Source: Octopus vulgaris
Lineage: Eukaryota
NCBI GenBank assembly: GCA_951406725.2
Contig: OX597831.1
Span: 26,474,001-26,538,000 of the forward strand
Reading direction: 5' to 3'
Length of the DNA stretch: 64,000 nucleotides
Positions 13,640 through 25,222 of this stretch are shown in pieces (the first letter of the stretch is position 1; each line of letters begins with the position of its first letter). The notes beneath the pieces are model-generated. The model saw only the letters and a program-made list of their open reading frames with translations. It was not told the DNA's origin and searched no databases. A program made the translations under genes and the position numbers.

Positions 13640-13850
13640 GGGGGTAAGCTGGCAGAATCGTAAGCATGTCAGACATAAACGCTTAGTGACATTTCCTCCA
13701 GTTCTTTGCATTCGGAGTCCAAATTCCACTGAGATTGACTTTGCCTTTCATCTCTTCACAGTTGATAAAAATAAATATCAGTCAAGCATTGGGTTTGATG
13801 GAATCAACATGCTTCACCCTCAACCTTCAAAATTGTTGGTGCTCTGCCAA
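13640..13850 (+). mobile_element. SINE family B, diverged
   Basis: gtaagctggcagaatcgt...gactttgcctttcatc. Confidence 0.75.
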
Positions 13851-14020
13851 CATCAGAATTATTCCAATTTCTCTCTTTCCATCCTTCTACTTTCCTTTCC
13901 AAGTGCTGTAGGACATCATTTTCCAATAGCGTTACATCTACACATGTCTTGTCTTGATGCTGTTCCGTTATTGTAGGGCCTTTATTTTGTGTGTTTATTT
14001 ATATTTGTCATGAGACAAAA

Positions 14021-14675
14021 CTCTGCAGTAGGTCTCAAGATGAACCGCATGAAAACAAAGTTCATGCGGTCAGACAACGTACCAACAGGTCGAATGGTGA
14101 TCGGCAGTGATGAAATAGAGGAGGTAAGGGAATATGTCTACCTGGGACAGGAAGTGAATATGTGCCGAGATATCGAAAAGGAGATCTCATGGAGAGTAAG
14201 GGCCGGATGGAAGGCGTTTAATGGCATAAGGGATGTGCTCAATGGAAGGTTGGACAGGACCACCCGCGCCAACCTCATTAACAGTGCAGTTCTGCCTGCA
14301 ATGTTATATGGTAGTGAAACATGGGCTACCACAAAGAGAGAAGAGCAAAGACTGGTAACGGCTAAAAGAGCCATGGAAAGGTCAATGCTTGGTATCTCGT
14401 TGAGAGAGCACATCAGTAGCGAGATCATCAGAAAGAAGTCTGGCGTGAGAGATGTCATCGCAGAGTATACACGCAGCAAGTATAGATGGGCTGGACACGT
14501 TGCCCATCTCACCGATAATCGGTGGACCCACGACAGTGGAGTTACGATTTCAGGAGGACGATTGGGATCACATGGATGAGAAAGGCATGATCCAGAGAGG
14601 AGTGGATAGCGTGCTGTGACCAGCAGTGTCAAATGGACGCCTGACGGACTGGTCGGTCAAGGTGATCAAGGTGAT
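14021..14675 (+). mobile_element. 5'-truncated RTE-clade LINE (RT C-terminal region plus 3' end)
   Basis: ORF motifs GLKMNRMKTKFM, YVYLGQ, VLPAMLYGSETW, ERSMLG and RWAGHV; short tandem tail (tcaaggtga)2. Confidence 0.9.
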
Positions 14676-14931
14676 ATATATTTGTACCAACTGCCTGCAT
14701 CATGTTCATTTTTGTCACATTCGTTTTTACATTCTCTCATTTATTCCTAGCAGCTTTTTAATGTTGATGCCACCCAAAATAAGGAATCTTATCATTAAAG
14801 GTATGTAATTATGATTTTTGGATGATAAGTGATGTGCAAATTTTCTGTATATTTCTTTGTTGATGTCATCATCATCATTTAACATCCATTGATGATGTGT
14901 ATGATTTTTTTAATCGTATATAAATATGTGT

Positions 14932-14969
<38 letters not shown>

Positions 14970-15038
14970 CAAATCTAAGAGAAAATAGAATTTATGAAAT
15001 TCTTTTTAATCACAACAATCATTATATTTGTGCATACA

Positions 15039-15510
15039 GGTGTAGGAGTGGCTGTGTGGTAAGTAACTTGCTTATGAACTGCATGGTTCCAGGTTCAGTC
15101 CCACTGCATAGCACCTTGGGCTGACCAAAGCCTTGTGAGTGGATTTGGTAGATGGAAACTGAAAGAAGCCCATCGCATATATGTATATATATATATATAT
15201 ATATGTATGTGTATGTGTATATGTTTGTGTGTATGTGTTTGTCCCCACAACATCGCTTGACAACCGATGCTGGTGTGTTTACATCCCCGTAACTTAGCAG
15301 TTCGGCAAAAGAGACCGATAGAATAAGTACAATAAATCAGTGTACAATATCAAGAAAACAAACACACAACGATAAATACATGCATAAAGGGCTTCTTTCA
15401 CTTTCCATCCACCAAATCTGCTCGCAAGAATTTGGTCAGCTTGCATTTATATTAGAAGATATTTGCCCAAGGTGTCACAGTGAGATGGAACCCAAAACTA
15501 TATGGTTGAA
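15039..15510. mobile_element. SINE family A (plus, 15039-15330) and a degenerate minus 5' half (15385-15510)
   Basis: Homology to family A. Confidence 0.8.
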
Positions 15511-15582
15511 AAGTGTATCTAGTCATAGAATACTTTCTCACAAAGTCTTACATATACTCATGAATGTGTGTGTGTGTGTGTA

Positions 15583-16015
15583 TCATCATCATCATTTAGC
15601 ATCCATTGCTGGCATGCGTTGGTCAGACTAACTAGGACTGGCAAGCTGGAAGGCTGCACTAGACTCCAGTCTGATTTGGCATGATTTCTACGGCTGGATG
15701 TCCTTCCTAATGCTAACCACTCTTTGAGTGTAATGGGTGCTTTTACATGCCACTTGCATAGGTGCTTTTACATGCCACTGGCATGGGTGCCATTTTTGTG
15801 TCACCAATATCTGCCACGACTTCGATTTTGCTCAGCTTGTTGGGTCTTCTCAAGCACAACATAATGCCAAAGGTCTTGGCCGTTGCTTCCATGAGGCCCA
15901 ACACTCAAAAGGAACTTGGCCACTTTGCCTCCGTGAGGCCCAATGCTTGAAAAGAACTCGCTTCCATGCTTGAAAGAAACTCAACCACTTTGCCTCCATG
16001 AGACCCAACACTTGA
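15583..16015 (-). mobile_element. RTE LINE 3' end (family C)
   Basis: (cat)n tail, ggatgtccttcctaatgc, and aggtcttggccg...atgaggccca shared with 56890-56925. Confidence 0.8.
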
Positions 16016-16040
16016 AACACCAGCATCAGTCATACATATA

Positions 16041-16527
16041 TATTATATTAAATTAGAGATAAAACCACTATTAGGAAAATAATACAATGAAAAACTTAAG
16101 CCAATACATAAGATTAATTAATTTATATTATTTTAAATATATATCAAAATTATTAAAAAAAGATAATTAGTATAACACTACGATCATTTCATGGCTGTCC
16201 AATTCTTAAAATTGATTAAACCTCGCTAAGTTAAATATTTAAATCACCTGAAGAATGACTGTAACTCGAAATTTTAAGAATTGGACAGCCATTAAATGAT
16301 CGTAGTGTTATACTAATTATCTTTTTTTAATAATTTTGATATATATTTAAAATAATATAAATTGATTAATCTTATGTATTGGCTTAAGTTTTTCATTGTA
16401 TGATTTGCCTAATAGTGGTTTTATCTCTAATTTAATATAATATAATATTTTACTATAAAATTCGATTCAATCCTAAATCTGATTTTTCCCTGTAAGTTTG
16501 GATTTATTCCCTAATATTTTATTATTA
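16041..16527 (+). mobile_element. Penelope-like non-autonomous element with inverted truncated copy
   Basis: About 173-bp inverted arms 16041-16213 / 16270-16442 with a hammerhead motif; tail related to 47270-47320. Confidence 0.7.
16245..16307 (+). ncRNA. Type-I hammerhead ribozyme motif (mutated)
   Basis: cac CTGAAGA atgactgt...acagccat TAAA tgatcg TA gtg; the inverted copy (16176-16200) retains GAAA. Confidence 0.65.
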
Positions 16528-16995
16528 TATATATATATATATATATAGTAGTATTATAACCTGATTTCATTTGGGTCTACTTGGGCCACAATTTAAAGAT
16601 GAGGAATTTTGCCCTAGAGGCCACACCTTTCAATTGAGCAAACTCAAAGTTGCCATGCAAACTCCTCACCACTTTTAACAAATTTTCAGGTCAATCTGAC
16701 CACATTTACTAACACTTTTGCCTGCACAACTGCTTGTGAGACAACGTCCGCCCTTTCCACAAGTATATAGTAGATAAGAAAAAGGGGGATTAAAAAAATC
16801 CAGGCAGATATCAATAAAGCACTTGGTTTTAAATGAATTTGGTTAACTATATCAAACAATCAGACACCAGTGAATGATATTTTCTGTATCTAAATATGTT
16901 GATAAAACAGAAATGATGATTGGCTTCAAATTGTGAATTCAACAATTAAAGATATGATTTTCTCTATCTGTATTTCTGTTGTTTTATACACACAC

Positions 16996-17033
<38 letters not shown>

Positions 17034-17037
<4 letters not shown>

Positions 17038-17680
17038 GTTTGCACCTAGAGAGTTACCCTCTGAGGCACAAGTCTGGGCAAGGTTGTTTTTTTTTATGGA
17101 AGACCAGTAGTCGCCCATGCATACCGACCTCCCCTCTCCACGCCACCAGTGATATCCAAGGGAAAGTCAAAGGTCGATAGAGCTTGGCACCTGTGACGTC
17201 GCAACTCATTTCTACAGCTGAGTGAACTGGAGCAACGTGAAATAAAGTGTCTTGCTCAAGAACACAACACGCAGCGCGGTCCGGGATTCGAGCTCACAAC
17301 CTCATTATCGTAAGCTCGACGCTCTAACCACTGAGCCATGCGCCTTCACTCAGTGGTTAGAGCATCGAGCTTACGATCGTGAGGTTGTGAGCTCGAATCC
17401 CGGACCGGGCTGCGTGTTGTGTTCTTGAGCAAGACACTTTATTTCACGTTGCTCCAGTTCACTCAGCTGTAGAAATGAGTTGCGACGTCACAGGTGCCAA
17501 GCTGTATCGACCTTTGTCTTTCCCTTGGATAACACTGGTGGCATGGAGAGGGGAGGCCGGTATGCATGGGTGACTGCTGGTCTTCCATAAAACAACCTTA
17601 CCCAGACTTGTGCCTCAGAGGGTAACTCTCTAGGTGCAAACCCATGGTCACTCATGACCGAAGGGGGTCTTTACCCTTTA
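17034..17680. mobile_element. Head-to-head inverted pair of a third tRNA-derived SINE
   Basis: Arms 17034-17335 / 17349-17645, spacer 13 nt; A box tggctcagtggttag and CORE-like ttcttgagcaagacactt. Confidence 0.9.
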
Positions 17681-17711
17681 TATATATATATATATAAAAT
17701 AATAAAAAATA

Positions 17712-17953
17712 AATGTGCCCCTTTAAAGTCTAGCCAGGCTCATGGGCCTGGTTTCTATGGCATATGTGTTCCCCAGCTTGACAGGACGCCAGTCTATCGC
17801 AGCGTTACTCATTTTTACCAACTGAGTGGACTGGAGCTATGTGAAATGAAGTGTTTTGCTCAAGGACACAACGCGTCACCTGGTCCAGGAATCGAAACCA
17901 CAATCTTACAATCATGATGCTGACACCCTAACCACTAAGCCACATGCCTCCAC
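17712..17953 (-). mobile_element. tRNA-derived SINE (V-SINE-like)
   Basis: On minus: tggcttagtggttagg, ggtttcgattcc, ccttgagcaaaacactt, gcgatagactggcgtcctgtc. Relatives at 28140-28215 and 42290-42595. Confidence 0.75.
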
Positions 17954-18499
17954 ACACACACACACACACATATATACACACACACATACACATTATATAT
18001 TGTGTATATGCATTAATTTTTTTTCTCGGAAAAAAACAAAATGGCTTTCTCCCTATTGTTTTGAAATGTGTGATACAAAATATAAAATTGGAAAATATCC
18101 CAACCAAAACAGAGAAACTCCAATGTATGTGGGTCAGCTATTCTGAAAGTCGCCCCAGCCCAGCCCTGACCAAGTGGATGTATGATGAAAGACATTCCAG
18201 TAAGGACTATCTCATCTTTTCTTTTGGGTAGTGTTCCTTGGAATGTGCTATCCGTTTTATTAAGACAATGAGGTTATTTGAAAGAAATCTCCAGCAACTG
18301 GTGCCAACAAACACTGATTTTCTCTTTATTTCATAGATTAACATCAAAGCTTACCTTTTATAGTAAATGTTAAACATTATTTCCTGACTACATTAATCTA
18401 CTATTTCCTATGGAAGGTTTACAAAAGAACTTCCACAGACTCGGCCATACTGGTTTAACTCTTGTTGACACGATTAATATGTCTGTTCTTTTCATTTCC

Positions 18500-18745
18500 T
18501 CATTTTCTAAATTCTCCAAAGACAATTACATTTTTTCATGTACTAATTTAGTTTTGTATACTAATTACAAAGATGAAATTCATTTTTGCCATAAATTAAT
18601 AAATAGAAATTTCAAAGCTTTCAAAGTTTGCAAATTTTGGGTAATTTCAGCCAATTGAAAACCACAGATCCATGGTGCCAGTTTCCATAGTAACAAGTAA
18701 AGCTGCAGTCTTCTTAAACTACCACCACATGTATTTTCTTTACCT
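18500..18745. repeat. Unclassified dispersed repeat, inverted homologue of 26520-27200
   Basis: gaaaaccacagatccatggtgccagtttccata versus tatggaaactagcaccatgggtctgtggttttc. Confidence 0.7.
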
Positions 18746-18970
18746 GTATATTTTCTTTGACAAGTGTCTATCTCCTAATTAGTTTTTCAAGGATAATTAC
18801 ATTTTTGAAACAAAAACCAATAATTGGATTATATTCACATTAAACCTTTAACCTTTTAGCATTTAAAATAGCTTCATCTGGCCCAGATATCTTCCCTGTT
18901 TTATATTCAAAGTGACTAGATCCTGCCTCTCATACTTCTCCTACCATGTCATTCCGAAAATAAACAATCA

Positions 18971-19368
18971 GGCGCAGGAGTGGCTGTGTGGTAAGTAGCT
19001 TGCTTACCAACCACATGGTTCCGGGTTCAGTCCCACTGCGTGGCATCTTGGGCAAGTGTCTTCTGCTATGGCCCCGGGCCGACCAATGCCTTGTGAGTGG
19101 ATTTGGTAGACGGAAACTGAAAGAAGCCTGTCGTATATATGTATATATATATGTATGTGTTTGTGTGTCTGTTTGTTCCCCTAGCATTGCTTGACAACCG
19201 ATGCTGGTGTGTTTATGTCCCCGTCACTTAGCGGTTCGGCAAAAAGAGACCAATAGAATAAGTACTGGGCTTACAAAGAATAAGTCCCGGGGTCGATTTG
19301 CTCGACTAAAGGCGGTGCTCCAGCATGGCTGCAGTCAAATGACTGAAACATGTAAAAGAGTAAAAGAG
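18971..19368 (+). mobile_element. SINE family A, young, inserted in a family-D MITE
   Basis: Near-consensus copy; aatca on both sides. Confidence 0.92.
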
Positions 19369-19389
19369 AATCACATCATTGAAATTTCA

Positions 19390-19620
19390 TCATCATTTAA
19401 CATCTGCCTTCCATGCTAGCATGGCTTAGCTGGCCAGGCAGAAGCCTGCACCAGACCTTTGTGTCTGTTTTGACACGATTTTTTTATGGCCGACATATCC
19501 CTAACACCAACCTTCCAGCAGGGTGGACAAAGTACTTTGTATGTAGCACAACCACAGGTAAGGTCAGCTTTGGCATGGGTTTTACAGCTGGATGCACTTT
19601 CAAACACTTTCAATTGCAAA
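19390..19620 (-). mobile_element. Degenerate RTE 3' end (family C)
   Basis: catcatcatttaacatctgccttccatgctagcatgg. Confidence 0.65.
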
Positions 19621-20108
19621 GCCTAATTGACTGACGGCTCAGTCTGCCCAAAATATACCAAGTTTACAAATCAAATACCAGTGGCGAATGGTGGTTGTTA
19701 TTATTGGGTGTGTTGCCACACATACCATAAAATAACCAACTTTAGTATTACTCGAATTAGGCATACAAACTGAGTATTTCTATTCAAAATGAGTATTCCA
19801 AAATGTAAATAATGTAAATGTAATTCAGTTGGGATACAGACATATCGTACTAAAATAAACTGAATCAATAACACCCTGTATAAATTGTAAGCATTCTAAA
19901 AGAAGCCATAGTTTTCTTAATAACACAAACTGAAAATAAGAAACCACATAATTTTACTTAAATTACTTGCACGTAAGTTCTATTCTTTGAGACATAAAAG
20001 GTTCGATGACCTCATCGTACAATGAACTACTTTATCATTAGTTTTGAAAATAAATTAAGATTAAAGTTATATGATGATATTGTAAGGAAAAAATTGTAAA
20101 AAAAAATA

Positions 20109-20395
20109 GGTACCATTCAAGAACAGTGGTCCCGGTGCGTGCACTCGCATACTCGCGCATCAGCGCTAGCTAGTCGTGACTAGTCGATCCTTACTTTGTG
20201 TTTTTGTTTTATTTACTCTGTTTTAAAAAATTATTTACTTTGTGTAAAAAAAAACTATTTATTTTGTACCTTATTTACTTTGCTAGGTAGTCGTTCTAGG
20301 ATCGACTAGTCACGACTAGCTAGCGCGGATGCGCGAGTACGCGAATGCGCGAGTACGCGAATGCGCGCACCGGGACCACTCTTCTTAAAAGTACC
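20109..20395. mobile_element. MITE, Merlin-like
   Basis: About 73-bp GC-rich TIRs starting GGTAC and ending GTACC; flanking 8-mers aaaaaata / aaaaacta (7/8). Confidence 0.8.
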
Positions 20396-20639
20396 AAAAA
20401 CTATTAGTTTTAGTTTAAGAATTTAAAATTGATTTAAACGTACAACTTCTCGTCACGAAAATGGACATGAGACAGTGCCGTCAAGACTGTTGCACACTTT
20501 TCGCCATAATATGCCAGGTACCATATTATTGTAGCAATATCGTTCCCTCATTGCTATCTTCAGTTTGGGAAGAGTATTCAGAATAATCTCGTTCGAGATT
20601 ACAAACATCTTCGGCTAGTTTAACATTGTTGTAAACACT

Positions 20640-20800
20640 AATCCGATTGGCTGACATGTGGTCTCTACTACGTTCGCACCGCTGGTCGTCACGTGACGCG
20701 ATTTGCCTCCGCTTATTTTCGCGCCATTTGTTCCAAGCAGCCAATCACAGCTTTCCATTTCTGAAGTTCGTTTTGAGCCACATAAACCTTATATAAGGAA
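20640..20800. promoter_or_regulatory. CpG-rich promoter-like motif cluster
   Basis: gattggctg (20645), gtcacgtgac (20688), ttttcgcgccattt (20716), agccaatca (20739), cttatataag (20788). Confidence 0.5.
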
Positions 20801-22841
20801 ATGTCCTCAGACATTTTTCGTCTTTGGTTCTAGTCCTTCTCAGGACTAACCTCTGACCACAGAGCTCGTCTTAGGTTACAGTCCTTTTCAGGGCGGGCCT
20901 CTGACCACACAGAGCATACCAACTATGTTCCGGTCCGAAAGACAGGCGATCACCAAGCATAACTATCCACGAAGATTTAGCTTGTATACAAGAGGTTACA
21001 GATTCCTCTCATACTGTTAGTGTGAAAATATCACCACGAAAAGAGCGGTTACAGGATATCTATAACTAGAGAAAAATAACCAAGCAGAATATATAATGAA
21101 GACGCAGCAAAAACCAAGCGACAGACACAACTCATCGCCAAACATCGTCTCTATCTACTAAGGTTTAATTTGTACACAAGGCAACTACAGATTCAACTAT
21201 AGCGGTTAGGTGAAAATATCACCACGGGAAAGACGGCTACAGTTAATATATCTGGAAGTATATTCATATCAAGAGAAAGATAAAACACAAGTGATTCAAT
21301 TAATCTCAACTACGAGACGCAACATCTTGATATGGAACTCTTACACTCCGTGTACCTCATAAACGGTAAATCTGTCTTGAGTTCTAGTTCTTCTAAGAAC
21401 TACCTTAAGCCATCTGCTACTACCTGTTGCTGGGCTGATACCAACAACATGAACTGTGAACCAAATTCCATTGTTATTTCTCTGGTCAGTACCTTTTATG
21501 CCTCACGAACACACAGACACCAAAAACATGCTAACACTCACAAACTCCCAACATCAGCATGATTGTAAAATATGTAAAATAAATAATGTATATATCTCAA
21601 AAAGAAATCTTGTTGTCATTCCACTTGTGTTCTATTGCCGCTGTATGTATTATATGGTCTGTAATATCTCATTAAGAATATGACCACGTGCGACCGTGTC
21701 TCTTACACGATACGACCGCATGTGATCCTATTTTTATATTATGATACAATGCGCTGTGGAGTTGTGTCGAAAAATTTTTTTTTATTTAAGGGTGGTTTTG
21801 GTGTGGGAACAGACGGAGGTCTTGCCATTTTCCATTACGATTTGGGATTAAATTAATGAGTAAGGTTAATATTTATAATGAATTTACCATTTTCGATGGA
21901 TATGCAATGCACACCTACCCGGACTATACGCCCCTGTTAAATACATTCCTTGAAGCTGTTACATAATTATTAATAACTTGTAGGCACGTCGTATTTCGTA
22001 TTTCCTTTGGTAACCATAATATACTACCATGTCTATTAAACGTTTTTATAAGTCAATACCACATACTAATGTGTTAACAGTGCTCTTTCATCACTTGTTA
22101 AGGTTCTCTCTAATGATTTTCGATAGAGACTATAGCTAGCACTGATTCTGTTAATGTTTCGTATCCGAGATGCCAGGTGTAAACAGCGAGATCAAAGGTG
22201 AAAATGGGCATTGGGCGTGTTTAACATATCTCAAGAGTTTTTGCTCCTTCATCAGCACCCATTCCACCCATTAATCATACACGAATTTATTGCATAAATA
22301 GCCATTAAGAAAAGCAGTGCCACGTTATTGGAGATACCAAGTTTACATATTAAACACATTCCTGGAAGTTGGTACGAAAACATTAACGACCTGTAGGGAC
22401 ACCGTATTTCGCTTAATATACTTCGTAGTAAGTGCGTACAGGTCATCATATATTTATCTGACATCGATAGTGTTTAGTATGACCAATGAAGGTCAGATTT
22501 AATTTATAGGTACAAATTTTTACCTGTAGCAAATTGTTCATGCAAGTCCCTTCCAATTGCATTAATCAAGAGGTTTTACGACAATGTTTGTCATATCACC
22601 TGGTAGGATCAATTATTTTCAGGTGATCGTTCTTATATTACCTTTACCTTGCTGTGTATTTTAATTCTAAACATACGTATACGTGAGTGTGAATCGTTTT
22701 TTTTCCGCTTGATCTTTGTAGTTAATGGCCCCTTCTCCGTGCTTTCTATATCCATTAAATCAATTTAGTTTTATCTGTCGTATTAGATTATTTTAACGGT
22801 GTTGCATCTGAGAATTAATAGTAACAGTCAACAAGTACGTA

Positions 22842-23138
22842 TCTCTCTTTACTCTCTCTTTTACTCTATGTGACTGTGGCCATGCTGGAGCACCGCCTTT
22901 AGTCGAGCAAATCGACCCCAGGACTTATTCTTTCGGTCTCTTTTGCTGAACCGCTAAGTTACAGGGACGTAAACACACCACCATCGGTTGTCAAGCGTTG
23001 TTGGGGGGACAAACATATACACACATCTATATATATATATAGTAGAAGACACTTGCCCAAGGTGCCACGCAGTGGGACTGAACCCGGAACCATGTGGTTA
23101 GTAAGCAAGCTACTTACCACACAGCTACTCCTACGCCT
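22842..23138 (-). mobile_element. SINE family A with internal deletions
   Basis: Homology to family A. Confidence 0.88.
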
Positions 23139-24237
23139 CATGAAATATTCAACCAATTCTATTTGATTAAAGACATATTTTGGTTACAATGTCCAGCACC
23201 CATATCAATCCTGAAGCAGTAGACCAGGGGGTCAGGGAACCTACGGCCCACTGGCCAGATCTGGCCATGAAAGGATTTTGACTGGCCCCCGAGAACTGAT
23301 GCCCAATGAGTTTTAATTTAAAATTTAAATTTATTGTAATATGACGAGACTTTCGAATACAATAAAAGGCCTGCTGTTACTTTCTTCCACAAATCTACTG
23401 ATTCACTCTATCTAATGTCCACCACCAACTGGATGTGAATGCTTTGGCAGCAAAAACACAATTAAAAATTCATCGCATACGCAGGGCACCACACATCATT
23501 TACGCCCACACAACGCAAAAATTATAACAACAATAATGATAGTACAATTCTAAAACATTTCTACCCAATCACCACCATTCCTGCTGGAATTGAAACTAAC
23601 ACAACGCTGTTGGAGGCAGGTTTAGAGAGGTACATGCTAAAACTACGAGCCCTTCCCCTCTGCTGGTCAATTGAAGCTTAGACAGTGTCATGTGACAGTT
23701 GGTGCTGGCTGCTGGAGCCTATCAGCAAGTATTTAAAGGGAATTTTGGCAGGTTGGTCAGTTGCCTGCTGACATTCATTGATGCTGCATTGAAGAAACCA
23801 AAGAACAAAAGAAAGAAGGAGAAAGAAGAAACACACTCAACACCAAAGCTAAAGACACCTCCGAAAGGGAAGGCCCCATCATGTCGAAAACGGTAGAAGA
23901 GTCGGGGCAGAAACCAGACATGGTTCCTCCTGATGATGTCTTTAGCTACTGGATCCTAGAAAGGAGCTGTTGAGCTAGCGAACCATGAAATGTGGTTGGA
24001 ATTCCTAAAACAAAAAACTCAGAGCTGACTTGAGCCTGTCAACAAACATAAAAAAGACTGCCTCGAAGGGACAATTAAGCACCAGTGACGTTTGGTGGTT
24101 GTTGTCATTGGGTGTGTTGCTACACTGGCCGTACTATGACTGACATTAGTGTTACTCAAATTAGGCATACAAACTCTTTTTACTTGTTTCAGTCATTTGA
24201 ATGTGAACATGCTGGAGCACTGCTTTTAGTCGAGCAA

Positions 24238-25222
24238 CTTCAAGGTAAAACTCAGCTCATAAATGAAATGTATAACCATATTGTTGCCTTTGAAAAAAAA
24301 AAGTTACAGTTGTAGGAACATCAACTTCAAAATAAAAATTATGTGCATTTTCCATCATTTCAAGGATTCAGAGATATTTGTGAATATAATCCAGGATTTG
24401 AGAAAGGAATTTGCTTCACATTTTGCTGACTTTTGTCAGCATGCAAGTAAGTTTAAATTGTTTGCTACTCCTAGGCGTAGGAGTAGCTGTGTGGTAAGTA
24501 GCTTGCTTACGAACCACATGGTTCCGGTTTCAGTCCCACTGCGTGGAACCTTGGGCAAGTGTCTTCTACTATAGCCTCGGGCCGACCAAAGCCTTGTGAG
24601 TGGATTTGGTAGGCAATTTGGTAGCCTTGTGTGTGTGTGTGTATGTTTGTGTGTCTGTGTTTGTCTCCCAACATCGGTTGACAACTGATGCTGGTGTATT
24701 TACATCCCCATAACTTAGCAGTTTGGCAAAAGGGACTGATAGAATAAGTACTAGACTTACAAAGAATAAGTCCTGGGGTTGATTTGCTCAACTAAAGGCA
24801 GTGCTTCAGCATGGCCACAGTCACATGACTGAAACAAGTAAAAGAATAAGCCATTTGATGTGGAGGTGGAGACTGTATCAGAATACTTTCAAATGGAATT
24901 AATTGATATGCAGTGTGACAAATTATTGGGATCTAAATTTCATTCTAAAGATGTTTCATTGATTGACTTCAATGCAAAATAGATTTTTCCAAGTGGGAAG
25001 TATACCAACTTAGTGAATCATGCAAAAAGGATCACATTTTTGTTTGGAAGCACTTATCAGTGTAAGCAATTATTTTCCAAAAAATTGAAGATAACTAAGA
25101 ACAATTTGAGAACAAGATTAACTGACAATAATCTTAATATTATCTTACTCTTGGCATCAACAAGTTTGAAGCCTAATATCGAAAAGCTTTCAGGGAACAA
25201 GAAACATCAAGTTCCCCATTAA
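24238..25222 (+). pseudogene. hAT transposase C-terminal remnant (GTF2IRD2/EPM2AIP1-like family), split by a SINE
   Basis: LQGKTQLINEMY..AF, EFASHFADF, LFATP|FDV, QMELIDMQC, FGSTYQCKQLFS, RTRLTD, HQVPH*; frameshifts and stops present. Confidence 0.9.
24474..24848 (+). mobile_element. SINE family A inside the hAT transposase
   Basis: Interrupts the ATP|FDV coding remnant. Confidence 0.9.

Noticed and set aside
21040-21060. agcggttaca as a twister ribozyme
   Set aside because: The following AAGCCC-type segment and the pseudoknot partners are absent.
22215-22260. Minus-strand ctgatga-aggag..ctctt-gaga as a hammerhead
   Set aside because: GAGA instead of GAAA, and stems I and III do not register.
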